A DNA stretch of 63,896 bases, filler included, from a bacterium (GTDB lineage Bacteria > JAJRZV01): NCBI GenBank assembly GCA_024275095.1. It is 4 parts of 4 records of this genome, joined end to end, with 100 filler letters (N's around TTAATTAATTAA, not from the genome) between each part and the next. Parts side by side here need not be neighbours in the genome. Positions count along the whole stretch, not along the records: positions 50,446 to 63,896 come from JAJRZV010000007.1; 3 more parts are not named here. One strand, given 5' to 3'. Position numbers and translations under genes: made by a program. Shown here piece after piece: positions 50,447 to 59,869 of this stretch. Below the pieces are notes generated by a model. The model saw nothing but the letters and a program-made list of their open reading frames with translations, searched no databases and was not told the DNA's origin. The number at the start of each line of letters is the position of its first letter. Positions within the stretch are counted from its first letter, which is position 1.

Positions 50447-51193
50447 TTATCTCACCTGTCCATGCTCCACGGTGCCATGCTCTCAGTTTTTTATTTCATA
50501 TACCTGTACATTTTAATGAAACTTCCTCCAGAGGAAGATGCCGAACAGGCGGCCGGAATTGTTAAGTCTGTACTTTCGAAAGGTACCCGGTTTGCATCCG
50601 TTTTTGCCGTATCGTTGTTTCTTGCAGGCGGGATAGGACTTTATTTTGTGGCAGAACCCTTTCTTCAAAGCATGCTGGTGGTGGCTGTGGTGTTGGGATT
50701 CAGCGAATTTTACTTCGTGCAGTGGGTGGCGCCTTTTCTCTCCGAATTTCCTGAGAAAATCAGTGCATTTAACTGGGCCCGCAAGATGCGGTTTTCTTCC
50801 ATGGGAATTATAAATCTGGTGTCTTCCACCGTTAACCAGACGACACTTCTTGTAGGGATGGTACCCTTTATTTACGCGGTTTCCCTTGGTGCTCCCGAGG
50901 CTCTGGTTTTTGACAGGAATCAAATTTTTGAAATTGAACTCACGTTGGCTCAGGTTCTCTTGGGCGTTCTTATTCTTTTAGACCATGAGTTCTCTTTTAT
51001 TGATGCAAGCCTGATATTGCTGCTCTGGACGGTACAGTTTTTCGTACCTTCATGGAGAGAGGCAGTACTTGTGATATATTTACTCTGGAGTGTTGTGGAG
51101 TGCATCAAACTTGTAAAGGACAGGGCTCCCGGGTTGAAAGCCATGAGATTTGTCCTCAGGGAGTATGTGCTTTCAAAATCTAAAAAGGTGTGA
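50447..51193 (+). CDS. Ca2+/cation antiporter (CaCA family), 5' partial
   Basis: alpha-repeat PFLSEFPE and NLVSSTVNQ; multiple TMs; frame open from the contig edge. Confidence 0.75.
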   Translation, partial: LSHLSMLHGAMLSVFYFIYLYILMKLPPEEDAEQAAGIVKSVLSKGTRFASVFAVSLFLAGGIGLYFVAEPFLQSMLVVAVVLGFSEFYFVQWVAPFLSEFPEKISAFNWARKMRFSSMGIINLVSSTVNQTTLLVGMVPFIYAVSLGAPEALVFDRNQIFEIELTLAQVLLGVLILLDHEFSFIDASLILLLWTVQFFVPSWREAVLVIYLLWSVVECIKLVKDRAPGLKAMRFVLREYVLSKSKKV

Positions 51194-52527
51194 AAGCGTA
51201 TAACCGCATTATAAGGGAAGTTTCCACCTATCTTCTTCTTGTCATTATAATTTTACTTGTTATCGGTGCATTTCTTCCCAATCCTGATTACCTTACGGAT
51301 CCTCAGGTGGTTGATTTTAAATCGAAGCACCCCTTTCTGTGGCAGCTTGTTCTCCACCTTGCCCCTTCCCGGCTGACGGTATCCTGGCCTTTTATCGTTA
51401 TTCTTTCAGCGATCGGATTGGCTCTTTTTTACTGTACTTTTCTTCGACTCCTTGAGTGGAGGAACCGGAGACGTCCACCTGTGCGGTTGCGTCCATTACC
51501 ACGAGCGTATTCAGCGGATGTCAATTCAACACCTGAACGTGTGATCCTTACCGCGGCTGATGTATTCTCACAAAAAAAATGGAACATGGATTGGAAGATA
51601 ATGGAAGAGGGTGTTGCCGGAATTCGTTTCCGTAAAGGTATTAAGGGTTTTTACGCCTCTATCATTTTTCACCTGCTTCTTGTGGTTATTGTGGGCATTG
51701 CGGTGTGGGGGGGTCTTGCTGGTTTCAAAGGCGAGGTGGTTCTATCTGAAGGCCAGCGGGTTGTTCTGGGTCCCGGTGCCTTTGTAAAGATTTACAGGAT
51801 GCCACGTGCTGGCGGCGTGCCCGGTGGTGTTCTACTAGAACTCCAAAGGGCAGGTGTGTTGATTGATGAGAACACAGGCGATTATGACTATTACGCTGTT
51901 TTAAAAGTCAATTCAGGATCTGTTCAACACATCAAAGAAATATTGATTAACAGGCCAGCAAAAATTGGCCGCCTGACATTTGTCCTTCGGCGCATGGGCT
52001 ATGCCCCGCTGTTTAGAATTACTGACTTCAGCCAGAATCTGGATTTTTCCGCGTACGTGAACCTCATGATTTTTCAAAAAGGTGATGAGGATACTTTCGT
52101 AGTTCCAGCCTCTGCTCCTCTTACGGTTCACGTTTCCCTTCGAGAGTCTTCACCGGTAAAAGAGCATTTTGTCGTTGATGTAAAGATACTGCGCAAGGGA
52201 ATGACAGTGCTGGATACCACCCTGTCACCGGGAGAGAGAATAAAGAGTTCAAGTTTATTTCTCAGTATTCCAGAGATGCGCATGTGGACGAGTTACAATG
52301 TGGTATATGATCCCACTTTCCCTCTGATTGCATGGGTAATGTTGGCGGCCGTCTGCTTTTCTGCAATTCGTTTTTTTGACCCGGATGTAATTGTAGACAT
52401 TCGAACGCAGCGAAAAGACATATCAAGCACCGCGGTCCAGTGGAGCGTCTTTTCAAGGCATTACGCGCGGGGATACAATGAAATTAATAATATGATGGAT
52501 ATAGTGTTTGAAACATTGCGTCAATGA
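51190..52527 (+). CDS. resB: ResB/CcsB-like cytochrome c biogenesis protein
   Basis: Three N-terminal TMs with His (IIFHLLL), large periplasmic region (GEVVLSEGQ, INRP), YDP before the last TM; precedes ccsA. Confidence 0.8.
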   Translation: MKAYNRIIREVSTYLLLVIIILLVIGAFLPNPDYLTDPQVVDFKSKHPFLWQLVLHLAPSRLTVSWPFIVILSAIGLALFYCTFLRLLEWRNRRRPPVRLRPLPRAYSADVNSTPERVILTAADVFSQKKWNMDWKIMEEGVAGIRFRKGIKGFYASIIFHLLLVVIVGIAVWGGLAGFKGEVVLSEGQRVVLGPGAFVKIYRMPRAGGVPGGVLLELQRAGVLIDENTGDYDYYAVLKVNSGSVQHIKEILINRPAKIGRLTFVLRRMGYAPLFRITDFSQNLDFSAYVNLMIFQKGDEDTFVVPASAPLTVHVSLRESSPVKEHFVVDVKILRKGMTVLDTTLSPGERIKSSSLFLSIPEMRMWTSYNVVYDPTFPLIAWVMLAAVCFSAIRFFDPDVIVDIRTQRKDISSTAVQWSVFSRHYARGYNEINNMMDIVFETLRQ

Positions 52528-53312
52528 AAGTATTTCTTTATACATTGCTCGTTATAATTTATGCAGGGCTTTTTATCTCTACTGTGTTTTTTCTCGTGTC
52601 CCATATATTTAAAAAAGCAAAGCTACGCGCATGGGGCTGGAGGGTATATGGAATTTCTTGCACATCACTGGGGACGTATATCATTTCCAGGTGGATCGCT
52701 TCAAGACATCCTCCGGTTCAGGGAAATTTCGAAAATGCAATTCTCGGAGCTTTTTTTTTGTTGCTTATTCACATATTTTCGGCCAGACGTGTGGATGTGC
52801 TCAAAACAGCTGCATGGACGGTATCAGGGTTTATCCTTCTCATGTTGGGCTGGGGGCTTTTCAACGGCTCGGTGGAAGTGGTACCGCTTGAACCGGCTTT
52901 TAAAAGCAATTGGTTGTGGTTTCATGTTGGATTCGCCTGGCTTGCCTTTGGAGCATTTACAATTTCTGCTGTGCTCGGTGGTATGTATATCGCCAAAAGG
53001 AAAGAGCCCGGCGATGCCCTCGAAACCTCGCTCGTACGGTTTGTAGCACTGGGATTCGTTGCTCAGGGGCTCATGATACTCACAGGTTCTATATGGGCAT
53101 ATTACCTGTGGGGTTCGTACTGGTCCTGGGATCCGGTGGAGACATGGTCTCTCATTTGCTGGCTTATTTACGGGCTGTACCTGCACATGCGTTATGTGAT
53201 GGGATGGAAAGGCAGGCGCATTGCATGGCTTACGATCATTTCATTTGTCGCCATGTTGATTACGTTTTTTGGTGTCAGTGCTCTTTCGCAATATCACACG
53301 GAACTGTTGTGA
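52524..53312 (+). CDS. ccsA: Cytochrome c synthase CcsA/ResC
   Basis: WWD motif WGSYWSWDPVETWSL; conserved His in WLWFHV, YLH and C-terminal YH. Confidence 0.93.
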   Translation: MKVFLYTLLVIIYAGLFISTVFFLVSHIFKKAKLRAWGWRVYGISCTSLGTYIISRWIASRHPPVQGNFENAILGAFFLLLIHIFSARRVDVLKTAAWTVSGFILLMLGWGLFNGSVEVVPLEPAFKSNWLWFHVGFAWLAFGAFTISAVLGGMYIAKRKEPGDALETSLVRFVALGFVAQGLMILTGSIWAYYLWGSYWSWDPVETWSLICWLIYGLYLHMRYVMGWKGRRIAWLTIISFVAMLITFFGVSALSQYHTELL

Positions 53313-53320
53313 GAGTGCAC

Positions 53321-53821
53321 ATGATTAACAGAAGGGCAATCTTATTGTTTTTTCTGTTTGTTGTTGCCGCATGTGATGCACTCTACGGTCGTCCCCGCAT
53401 AAAAGAGGCTATTGTTAAGGATACCGTAAGGAAATACCTCAATGCTTTAGCTGATGCGTACAGATACATGGAATTGAGCGGGGTGAAGAAATACACAGGT
53501 GGAAAAGAGCGTGACAAGATAGTAGCTCTGGTGGGATTGCTGGGCATGAAACACCAGATCATGGAATCCAGGATTCTGGATGTTAAATTTACCGGCATCA
53601 AATTCGACACACCTGAAAAGGCAAGGGTTAACACGATAGAACGCTGGCGGTTTCGATATCTGCACATGGCTTCTGGTAAGGAGGTGAAACCATGGAAGGA
53701 AGTAATGTATTACATGTCGTACGTGTTGAGCAAAGAGGGTGGGATGTGGAAGGTGATTTCCTCTACAATGCTTCAGCAGAACGAAATAAAAAATGAAGGT
53801 GTGAAACCGCATGGGCGGTAA
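53321..53821 (+). CDS. Hypothetical lipoprotein (NTF2/IMS-like fold suspected)
   Basis: ATG 53321 gives MINRRAILLFFLFVVAAC (lipobox); the ORF-track extension lies inside ccsA. Confidence 0.7.
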   Translation: MINRRAILLFFLFVVAACDALYGRPRIKEAIVKDTVRKYLNALADAYRYMELSGVKKYTGGKERDKIVALVGLLGMKHQIMESRILDVKFTGIKFDTPEKARVNTIERWRFRYLHMASGKEVKPWKEVMYYMSYVLSKEGGMWKVISSTMLQQNEIKNEGVKPHGR

Positions 53822-54170
53822 TTGGAAAGCAGCACTTGTTGCCCTTAATGCCTATCTTCACGATTTTTCAGTAGCCCTGGCTTTTACTTCTTCACTGGTT
53901 GCCTACTGGTTGACTCGAGAACTGCATCATTTGCAGGGATATTATTCAATCCTGCTGAAACTGCGACGACTGATCATTTTTTCATTTGCGGGAATTTTTG
54001 TTTTTGGAGCCGTAAGAGTGTACTTTTATCGGACTTACGAGATGCCTGCTGGTGTTGATGAAAGCGTACTCATCAGTGTTCTTGTCGCCAAGCATATTAT
54101 TCTGGCATCACTACTCATAGGAGCACTCTATCTTTCGGTGAAATTCTGGAAGTTGGCGGGTCGGTCTTGA
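53811..54170 (+). CDS. Small three-TM membrane protein with two His residues in or near the membrane
   Basis: NAYLHDFSVAL and LVAKHIIL; overlaps both neighbouring genes. Confidence 0.75.
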   Translation: MGGNWKAALVALNAYLHDFSVALAFTSSLVAYWLTRELHHLQGYYSILLKLRRLIIFSFAGIFVFGAVRVYFYRTYEMPAGVDESVLISVLVAKHIILASLLIGALYLSVKFWKLAGRS

Positions 54171-55621
54171 AGCCGAGGATCCTTTTTGTTACTCCTCCCT
54201 ATCACTGCGGTGTTGTTGAAGTGGCTGGCAGATGGGTGCCTCTTCAATTTGTATATCTGGCAGGTGCAGCTCGACGAGCAGGTTGGGAACCGGTAATGTA
54301 CGATGCCATGAGTGCTTTCACGGGTTGGGATGAAATTCGAGCAAAGATTAGTGACGTCGATCCCCGTGTGGTCGCCACGTCTGCTATTACTGCAACACTG
54401 CCCGATGCTATTGAAGTCTTAAGGATGGCCAAAACAATATTTCCGGATGTTGTCACTGTTATAGGAGGTGTGCATCCCACCTTTATGGCCGATGAAGTTA
54501 TGCAAATGGGCGAAGGTTGCATAGATTACGTGATCCGTGGCGAGGGCGAGGAAACCCTTCAGGAGCTTCTTCAGGCCATTGAGTCAGGAACGACTGTTGA
54601 TGATATAAAGGGACTTTCCTGGAGAGATAAGCACGGAGAAATTATTCATAATACCTCGCGTCCCTTTATCCAAAACCTGGACTCTCTTGCACAGGACTGG
54701 AACATCCTGGATTGGAGTCTTTACAAATATTTTGTCATTCCGGGGTCGCGTTTGGGCGCTGTTAGCTCTTCAAGAGGCTGTTCTATGGAGTGCACCTTCT
54801 GTTCCCAGCAAAAGTTCTGGCAGCGTGTATGGCGTGCGAGGGAACCGGAGCTCGTTGTGGACGAGGTGGAAATGCTACATCGGGAATTCGGCGTAAATGT
54901 TTTTCTGATTACTGACGAGTACCCTACGAGTGAACGTGACAGGTGGATACGCATTTTAAAGGGACTCATTTCACGCAATTTAAAAGTGTATCTTCTTATA
55001 GAGACGCGGGTTGATGACATCATAAGGGACGAAGACATTATGGAGCTTTACCGTGCCGCGGGTGTTATTCATGTGTATGTAGGAGTGGAAAGCCCCAGTG
55101 AGAATGTTCTTGAGGCCATAAAAAAAGACATATCCGTTGAACAGTCCAAAGAGGCTCTGGAAATCCTGCGCAGGTGGGATTTCATCAGTGAAACGTCTTT
55201 TGTGCTGGGTTTTCCCTGGGACACTCCAGAAAGTATAGATGAAGTTATACGTCTCTCACTTTACTATAATCCCGACTTTGCCCACTTTCTGGCAATTACT
55301 CCATGGCCCTATGCGGATTTGTACAGGGAAGTGAAAGATTACATAGTGGTGCATGATTATCGCAAATACAACCTTATTGATCCTGTAATAAAACCTGAAC
55401 GCATGAGCCTTCAAGAGGTGGATGCGGCCATAATGGAAGGTTATCGCAGGTTCTACATTAAAAAAATGGAAGAGGTGTCGAGGTGGCCCCAGGGACTTAA
55501 ACGGGATTACATGATTCGTTCCATGAAGCTCATTATGAACAGTTCATTTCTTCGGAAAAAGTTACCCGTTCTTGGAGAAATTCCTTCTGAAATTCAGGAG
55601 ATGCTTTCCCGGCTTAGCTAA
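54167..55621 (+). CDS. Cobalamin (B12)-binding radical SAM enzyme
   Basis: B12-binding domain (PLQFVYLAG, GGVHPTF, RGEGEET), SSRGCSMECTFC, YVGVES, VLGFP. Confidence 0.93.
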   Translation: MKPRILFVTPPYHCGVVEVAGRWVPLQFVYLAGAARRAGWEPVMYDAMSAFTGWDEIRAKISDVDPRVVATSAITATLPDAIEVLRMAKTIFPDVVTVIGGVHPTFMADEVMQMGEGCIDYVIRGEGEETLQELLQAIESGTTVDDIKGLSWRDKHGEIIHNTSRPFIQNLDSLAQDWNILDWSLYKYFVIPGSRLGAVSSSRGCSMECTFCSQQKFWQRVWRAREPELVVDEVEMLHREFGVNVFLITDEYPTSERDRWIRILKGLISRNLKVYLLIETRVDDIIRDEDIMELYRAAGVIHVYVGVESPSENVLEAIKKDISVEQSKEALEILRRWDFISETSFVLGFPWDTPESIDEVIRLSLYYNPDFAHFLAITPWPYADLYREVKDYIVVHDYRKYNLIDPVIKPERMSLQEVDAAIMEGYRRFYIKKMEEVSRWPQGLKRDYMIRSMKLIMNSSFLRKKLPVLGEIPSEIQEMLSRLS

Positions 55622-55624
55622 AAG

Positions 55625-57943
55625 TTATTTTTTCTTTACCGTGATTTTCCACCTGCCATCTGGCCGTTGTTCTTTTTTTAGCACGGGAACTCCATCATTT
55701 TGGAGACTTCTGGGAACATTTTCGATGGGCTCTCCATCATCCAGGATCACTTCAAGCATCGCACCAGGAGGCAGTTCTTCGAGTTTCAGCTTGGTTTTTA
55801 CATAGTTGAGCGGACAGGGGGTTCCGCTGAGGTCGAGAAGTTCTGCAGCCACAGAAGCCTCGCCGGTAGAGGAATTATCCCCGATCAGCTCCACGTCCTT
55901 ACCGAAGTCAATTTTTACTTCGGGGTCGAGTACATCAAACACGTGCTGACAGCGTTTGTAAAGGAGTTCCAGGAGTTTTAATACGTTTTCACGCTTTTCC
56001 TTCGTCAGATTCTTGTGCAGATTTTTAAAATCCTTAGGCAGCAGGTGCCGCTGGTAGAGTTCTTTTTCGAATGTTTGCACGGCTTCCGCATCGTCAACAG
56101 GATCCGTGCCGAAGAGAATTAAAACGCTTCTCGCACATGCAGCAGCGGCAGAGATTGCACGCTTTCTAAAGATTTCTTCATCGATGTTAAATATATTTTC
56201 CTTGACGGAGTTAATAATTTTTTTAGCATCTCGCAGGTTGACTTCCATGAGATCAACCATGCTTCCAGCACACTCGCCTGGCCCGATTTCTTCGAGAGAG
56301 AATTTTCTATCGATTCCAAAATCGTAGTAGTATTCGGGAGCCTGTTCAAAAGGAGGGACCTCCAGAAGATCAGACAACATCTCCTCGAAACGGTGAGTAC
56401 CTACACGTCCGATGTACTCTGAGAAATTTTCGGTGTTCCTGCGTTCCTTAAAGAAGGTTTCTACCAGCCTTTTGACGGCACGGGGAATGTTCCTGGCAGG
56501 AATGCGTAAAAGTGGTTTCGCGGCCGACGGCACATCACCGGATGGTGTTCCCCCTAAGAGAATCATGTAGTATGGTGCATAATCTCCGTGATGCTTCCGT
56601 GCTGCTCCGTAGAGCCCGATCCCTGCAATTTGGTGCTGGCCGCAACTGCTGGGACATCCGCTGATGCGAATATCTAATCCGTCGAGGTTGTCGAGTTCCT
56701 TGTTAAGTTCCGAAGCAAGTGCACGTGTGTTGGTTATGGCCAGCCGGCACGAATAAATACCGGGGCATGTCACTGTTTCTGCTTCGACAGTAGTGTCCAC
56801 AAGGTTAGCTTTTTTCAGTTCAAAAAATAGAGGATAAAGAGCATTCTTCTCGATCCACGGAATCAGGAAAGATTGTCGCAGCGTTGTTCTCAGGAAACCA
56901 CCATTAAAGCGCTGAGCGAGTTCTGCAATGACGTCGAGCTCTTCACTGGTGAAGATCCCGTAAGGCTTTCTGATTTCCACGGCAAAATAACCTTCCTGTT
57001 TCTGAGGAGTGACACGTGCCTTTTCCCATTGCAGAAATTCGTTTTGATCTTTAAGTTCAATATGCTCGTTTTCCACAGCGCTTGTGCGAGGTTCTTCCTG
57101 TATAAAATTTAGCGGGAGGTGCACGCTTGTCTCGATTTTATGATTTTGAAGCCACTGGGAGACTCTATTGTTAAATTCTTTCTCTCCCCATTTCAGCGCG
57201 AGAAATTTCATGCGGGCGCGGGCCCGGTTGCGTCGTTCTCCAAATTCGTTGAAGAACGCGAGAACCGACGCGGTAAATTTTGTCACCTCTGCTTCAGGAA
57301 GGAATTCCTTAAATATGTGGGCCATGCGTGGATGCGCTCCAAGTCCTCCTGCAAGGTAGACTCGAAAACCGCGTTTTCCTTCGTGTGTGCACGCTATCAA
57401 CCCCACATCATTAACCCGTGCGTATGCACAGTCTTTTGAACATCCGGAAAACGCAATTTTGAACTTTCTGGGTAGATTACCTCCGTATCCGGAGTTCACC
57501 AGAAAAGTGGTGGTTCTCCATGAGGCCTCACTTACATCAAATATTTCGTCGGGACATATTCCCGCAAGATGACATGTCGTGACATTACGTACTGCATTGC
57601 CACCTGCTTCAAGGGATGTTACTTCTGCTTCAGCAAGTTCATACAGCGCAGGCACGACATCAGATATTTTCAACCAGTGGATCTGAATGTCCTGCCTAGT
57701 CGTTACATGCGTTATTGACCTCCCGTACCGCCGGGCGACCTGTGAAATTACGGATAGCTGCTTCGCAGTGAGCCTACCAGCAGGAATTCTTGTGCGGATA
57801 AGATAAAATCCAGGTTGACGTTGGGCGTAAACTCCCAGGTTTATACGGTAACGTTTAAATTTTTCTCCGTGCAACTTACCACTGGTGAAGGCCTCGACTT
57901 CCCTTTTGAATTGCTCCAGCAGTGAACTCAATACGGTGTTCAT
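55625..57943 (-). CDS. Siroheme-[4Fe-4S] sulfite/nitrite reductase fused to a C-terminal TusA-type sulfur carrier
   Basis: GVYAQRQ, HVTTRQDIQIH, LPRKFKIAFSGC, TCPGIYSC, ISGCPSSCGQH; C-terminal LDLSGTPCPLNYVKTK...LDDGEP. Confidence 0.9.
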   Translation of the reverse strand: MNTVLSSLLEQFKREVEAFTSGKLHGEKFKRYRINLGVYAQRQPGFYLIRTRIPAGRLTAKQLSVISQVARRYGRSITHVTTRQDIQIHWLKISDVVPALYELAEAEVTSLEAGGNAVRNVTTCHLAGICPDEIFDVSEASWRTTTFLVNSGYGGNLPRKFKIAFSGCSKDCAYARVNDVGLIACTHEGKRGFRVYLAGGLGAHPRMAHIFKEFLPEAEVTKFTASVLAFFNEFGERRNRARARMKFLALKWGEKEFNNRVSQWLQNHKIETSVHLPLNFIQEEPRTSAVENEHIELKDQNEFLQWEKARVTPQKQEGYFAVEIRKPYGIFTSEELDVIAELAQRFNGGFLRTTLRQSFLIPWIEKNALYPLFFELKKANLVDTTVEAETVTCPGIYSCRLAITNTRALASELNKELDNLDGLDIRISGCPSSCGQHQIAGIGLYGAARKHHGDYAPYYMILLGGTPSGDVPSAAKPLLRIPARNIPRAVKRLVETFFKERRNTENFSEYIGRVGTHRFEEMLSDLLEVPPFEQAPEYYYDFGIDRKFSLEEIGPGECAGSMVDLMEVNLRDAKKIINSVKENIFNIDEEIFRKRAISAAAACARSVLILFGTDPVDDAEAVQTFEKELYQRHLLPKDFKNLHKNLTKEKRENVLKLLELLYKRCQHVFDVLDPEVKIDFGKDVELIGDNSSTGEASVAAELLDLSGTPCPLNYVKTKLKLEELPPGAMLEVILDDGEPIENVPRSLQNDGVPVLKKEQRPDGRWKITVKKK

Positions 57944-58431
57944 GGCTTCCTCTCCTTTGACAGGATTTTATCGTTGAAAAAGATGACCTGTATTTTTTCG
58001 TGCAGTTCAGAAGGTAGTGATGGTTTGCGCTTTAATAAACGCTGTAGCCAGCCCTCCTTGCGTTTAACCCAGACAACAGCATCGGGATTTTCTCTTTTTA
58101 TCAGTCGCGCAAGAAGTTCTTCTTCGTAACCGTTTTCTATGATGATACGGATGCGGGCAGGATGGCTGCTCAGCAGGTGTTCAATTTCCGCTGCCCGGTC
58201 GTAGGCCTCCTGTCGAAACATTTTGATGATTATGCCCATAAGCTCTGCTCCCACTTTTTCTCCCACCCATCCCATATTCACGATTTTCTTCTCGGCATAT
58301 TCTGCTTCTCTCTCATCTATGCATATGGCGATAAGGCATTCTTCAAAGCCTTCTCCTTTTTGATGTATTACCTGGGCAATGAATTTTGCATCAGCGTTGG
58401 TGACTTTGAAAAAAATGAGAAGTTTGCGCAA
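57940..58431 (-). CDS. Hypothetical protein, universal-stress-protein-like
   Basis: 163 aa alpha/beta pattern (IIIENGYEEELL...PDAVVW); sits in the operon between transporter and reductase with an ATGA overlap. Confidence 0.55.
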   Translation of the reverse strand: MRKLLIFFKVTNADAKFIAQVIHQKGEGFEECLIAICIDEREAEYAEKKIVNMGWVGEKVGAELMGIIIKMFRQEAYDRAAEIEHLLSSHPARIRIIIENGYEEELLARLIKRENPDAVVWVKRKEGWLQRLLKRKPSLPSELHEKIQVIFFNDKILSKERKP

Positions 58432-58437
58432 TGTTTC

Positions 58438-59844
58438 TCACCTCCAGATAAAAAAGTACGAGGCAATGATAACTGTTATGGTCAATAGGTGCATGAGCAG
58501 CCCCACGCGGCCGGTATCTTTAATACTGATGTGGCCGGTAGAAAAGGCCAGAGCTGTTGCCGGTGTGCCTGCAGGAAGGATAAACGGAAGTCCCGCTGGT
58601 AACGCAACGACGAAAACAGCGTGTTCGGGAGGAAGCCCTAATGATTCGAAGGCTCCTATAGCCACTGGTAAAATCACAGCTACAGCTGCACTGTTGCTCA
58701 TCCCTTCGGTCAGTATGAGAGTAACGACCACGAGTATAAGAACTGTAAATACAGGCCCATGTGCTGTGGGGTTGAGAAGCGCTGACGCGATCCACCGGGC
58801 TGCACCCGTGGAATACATGGCACTTCCAAGTGAAATGGCACCGCCGTACATGAGAAAGACTCCCCAGTTGACAGTGTCTTCAACGTCGACCCATCGCACG
58901 ATGTTGAATATAAAAAGGCATGCTGCACCGGTTAAACCGATGAGGGCCAATGCGACCGGTGTATGTGATCTTATCCAGAAAACAATGACCACCACAAATA
59001 CCAGACCTGCAAGATAAGCTCTTATACCCGCGGGTCTTGCTCGCAACTGGATGTCTTTCCCCTCCACTTCGGCCAATCCTTTGCGGAAGAAGAGCCACAG
59101 TAATATCTGGCCTCCTGCAATGAGAAAGAGCGAAGGAATAATAGAGTAGTGAAGCCACTCTACAAAGGCTATTTGTTTGCCGGTGATTTCCTGGAGTATT
59201 CCTATGGCGAGGGGGTTGCGTGCACCTCCTAAGAGTGTGGCAATCCCTCCTGTAATACTTCCCCATGTAAGTGAAAGTATGAGAAGCCTGGCATAAAGCG
59301 AACCGCGTCGGAGTTTCAGCTGAGAGATGGTTTCTATAACAACAGGTAAAAGTATGGCAGCTACCGCATGTTCCGGTATGAGGAACGAAAGGAATGCCGC
59401 GGCGTTATAGATAAGCAGGGGTAGCAATCTGGGTGAATGGCCGCCTGCTCGCAGGAGTCCACGGGCGATGAGTGTCCCTGTACCACTTTCCATGAGGGCA
59501 CCTGCAAGCAGGAGAGCTGAGAGGAGAAAAAATACAACAGGATTTGCGAAAGAGTGCAGCAGCACCTGTGCCTCCACAGCCTTACCGCCCCATAAAAGCA
59601 CTACGGCCATTATTGCGGGGATGACAGGAGGTACGATATTGAGAATCCAGGAGAACGTGGTAAAAAGAAATACCAGAATACATTTATATGCTTGCGGGCT
59701 CAGCCCGGGTGGAGGGGTTCCTTCTGCCAGTAAGTAAACAACCCATCCTAATCCTGTGAAAAATAGCGCATGGCGGTAAAAACGCTGGAGCAGAATCAGG
59801 ATTAAGGGTCGTGTATCAATCTGGAAGCGCTCTTTCATAACCAC
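58438..59844 (-). CDS. DASS/SLC13 divalent anion:Na+ symporter
   Basis: FANPVVFF, GGIATLLGGARNP, MSNSAAVA, LPAGTPA; many TMs. Confidence 0.9.
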   Translation of the reverse strand: MVMKERFQIDTRPLILILLQRFYRHALFFTGLGWVVYLLAEGTPPPGLSPQAYKCILVFLFTTFSWILNIVPPVIPAIMAVVLLWGGKAVEAQVLLHSFANPVVFFLLSALLLAGALMESGTGTLIARGLLRAGGHSPRLLPLLIYNAAAFLSFLIPEHAVAAILLPVVIETISQLKLRRGSLYARLLILSLTWGSITGGIATLLGGARNPLAIGILQEITGKQIAFVEWLHYSIIPSLFLIAGGQILLWLFFRKGLAEVEGKDIQLRARPAGIRAYLAGLVFVVVIVFWIRSHTPVALALIGLTGAACLFIFNIVRWVDVEDTVNWGVFLMYGGAISLGSAMYSTGAARWIASALLNPTAHGPVFTVLILVVVTLILTEGMSNSAAVAVILPVAIGAFESLGLPPEHAVFVVALPAGLPFILPAGTPATALAFSTGHISIKDTGRVGLLMHLLTITVIIASYFFIWR

Positions 59845-59869
59845 TCTGATCTGAGTTAACGGTCATTTC

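Noticed and set aside
52910-53320. Cys-rich N-terminal extension of the 303-aa ORF, and similar extensions at 32775-33086, 37497-37664 and 35249-35299
   Set aside because: Extensions overlap upstream genes in another frame; internal starts with SD sites or 4-bp overlaps give sensible proteins.
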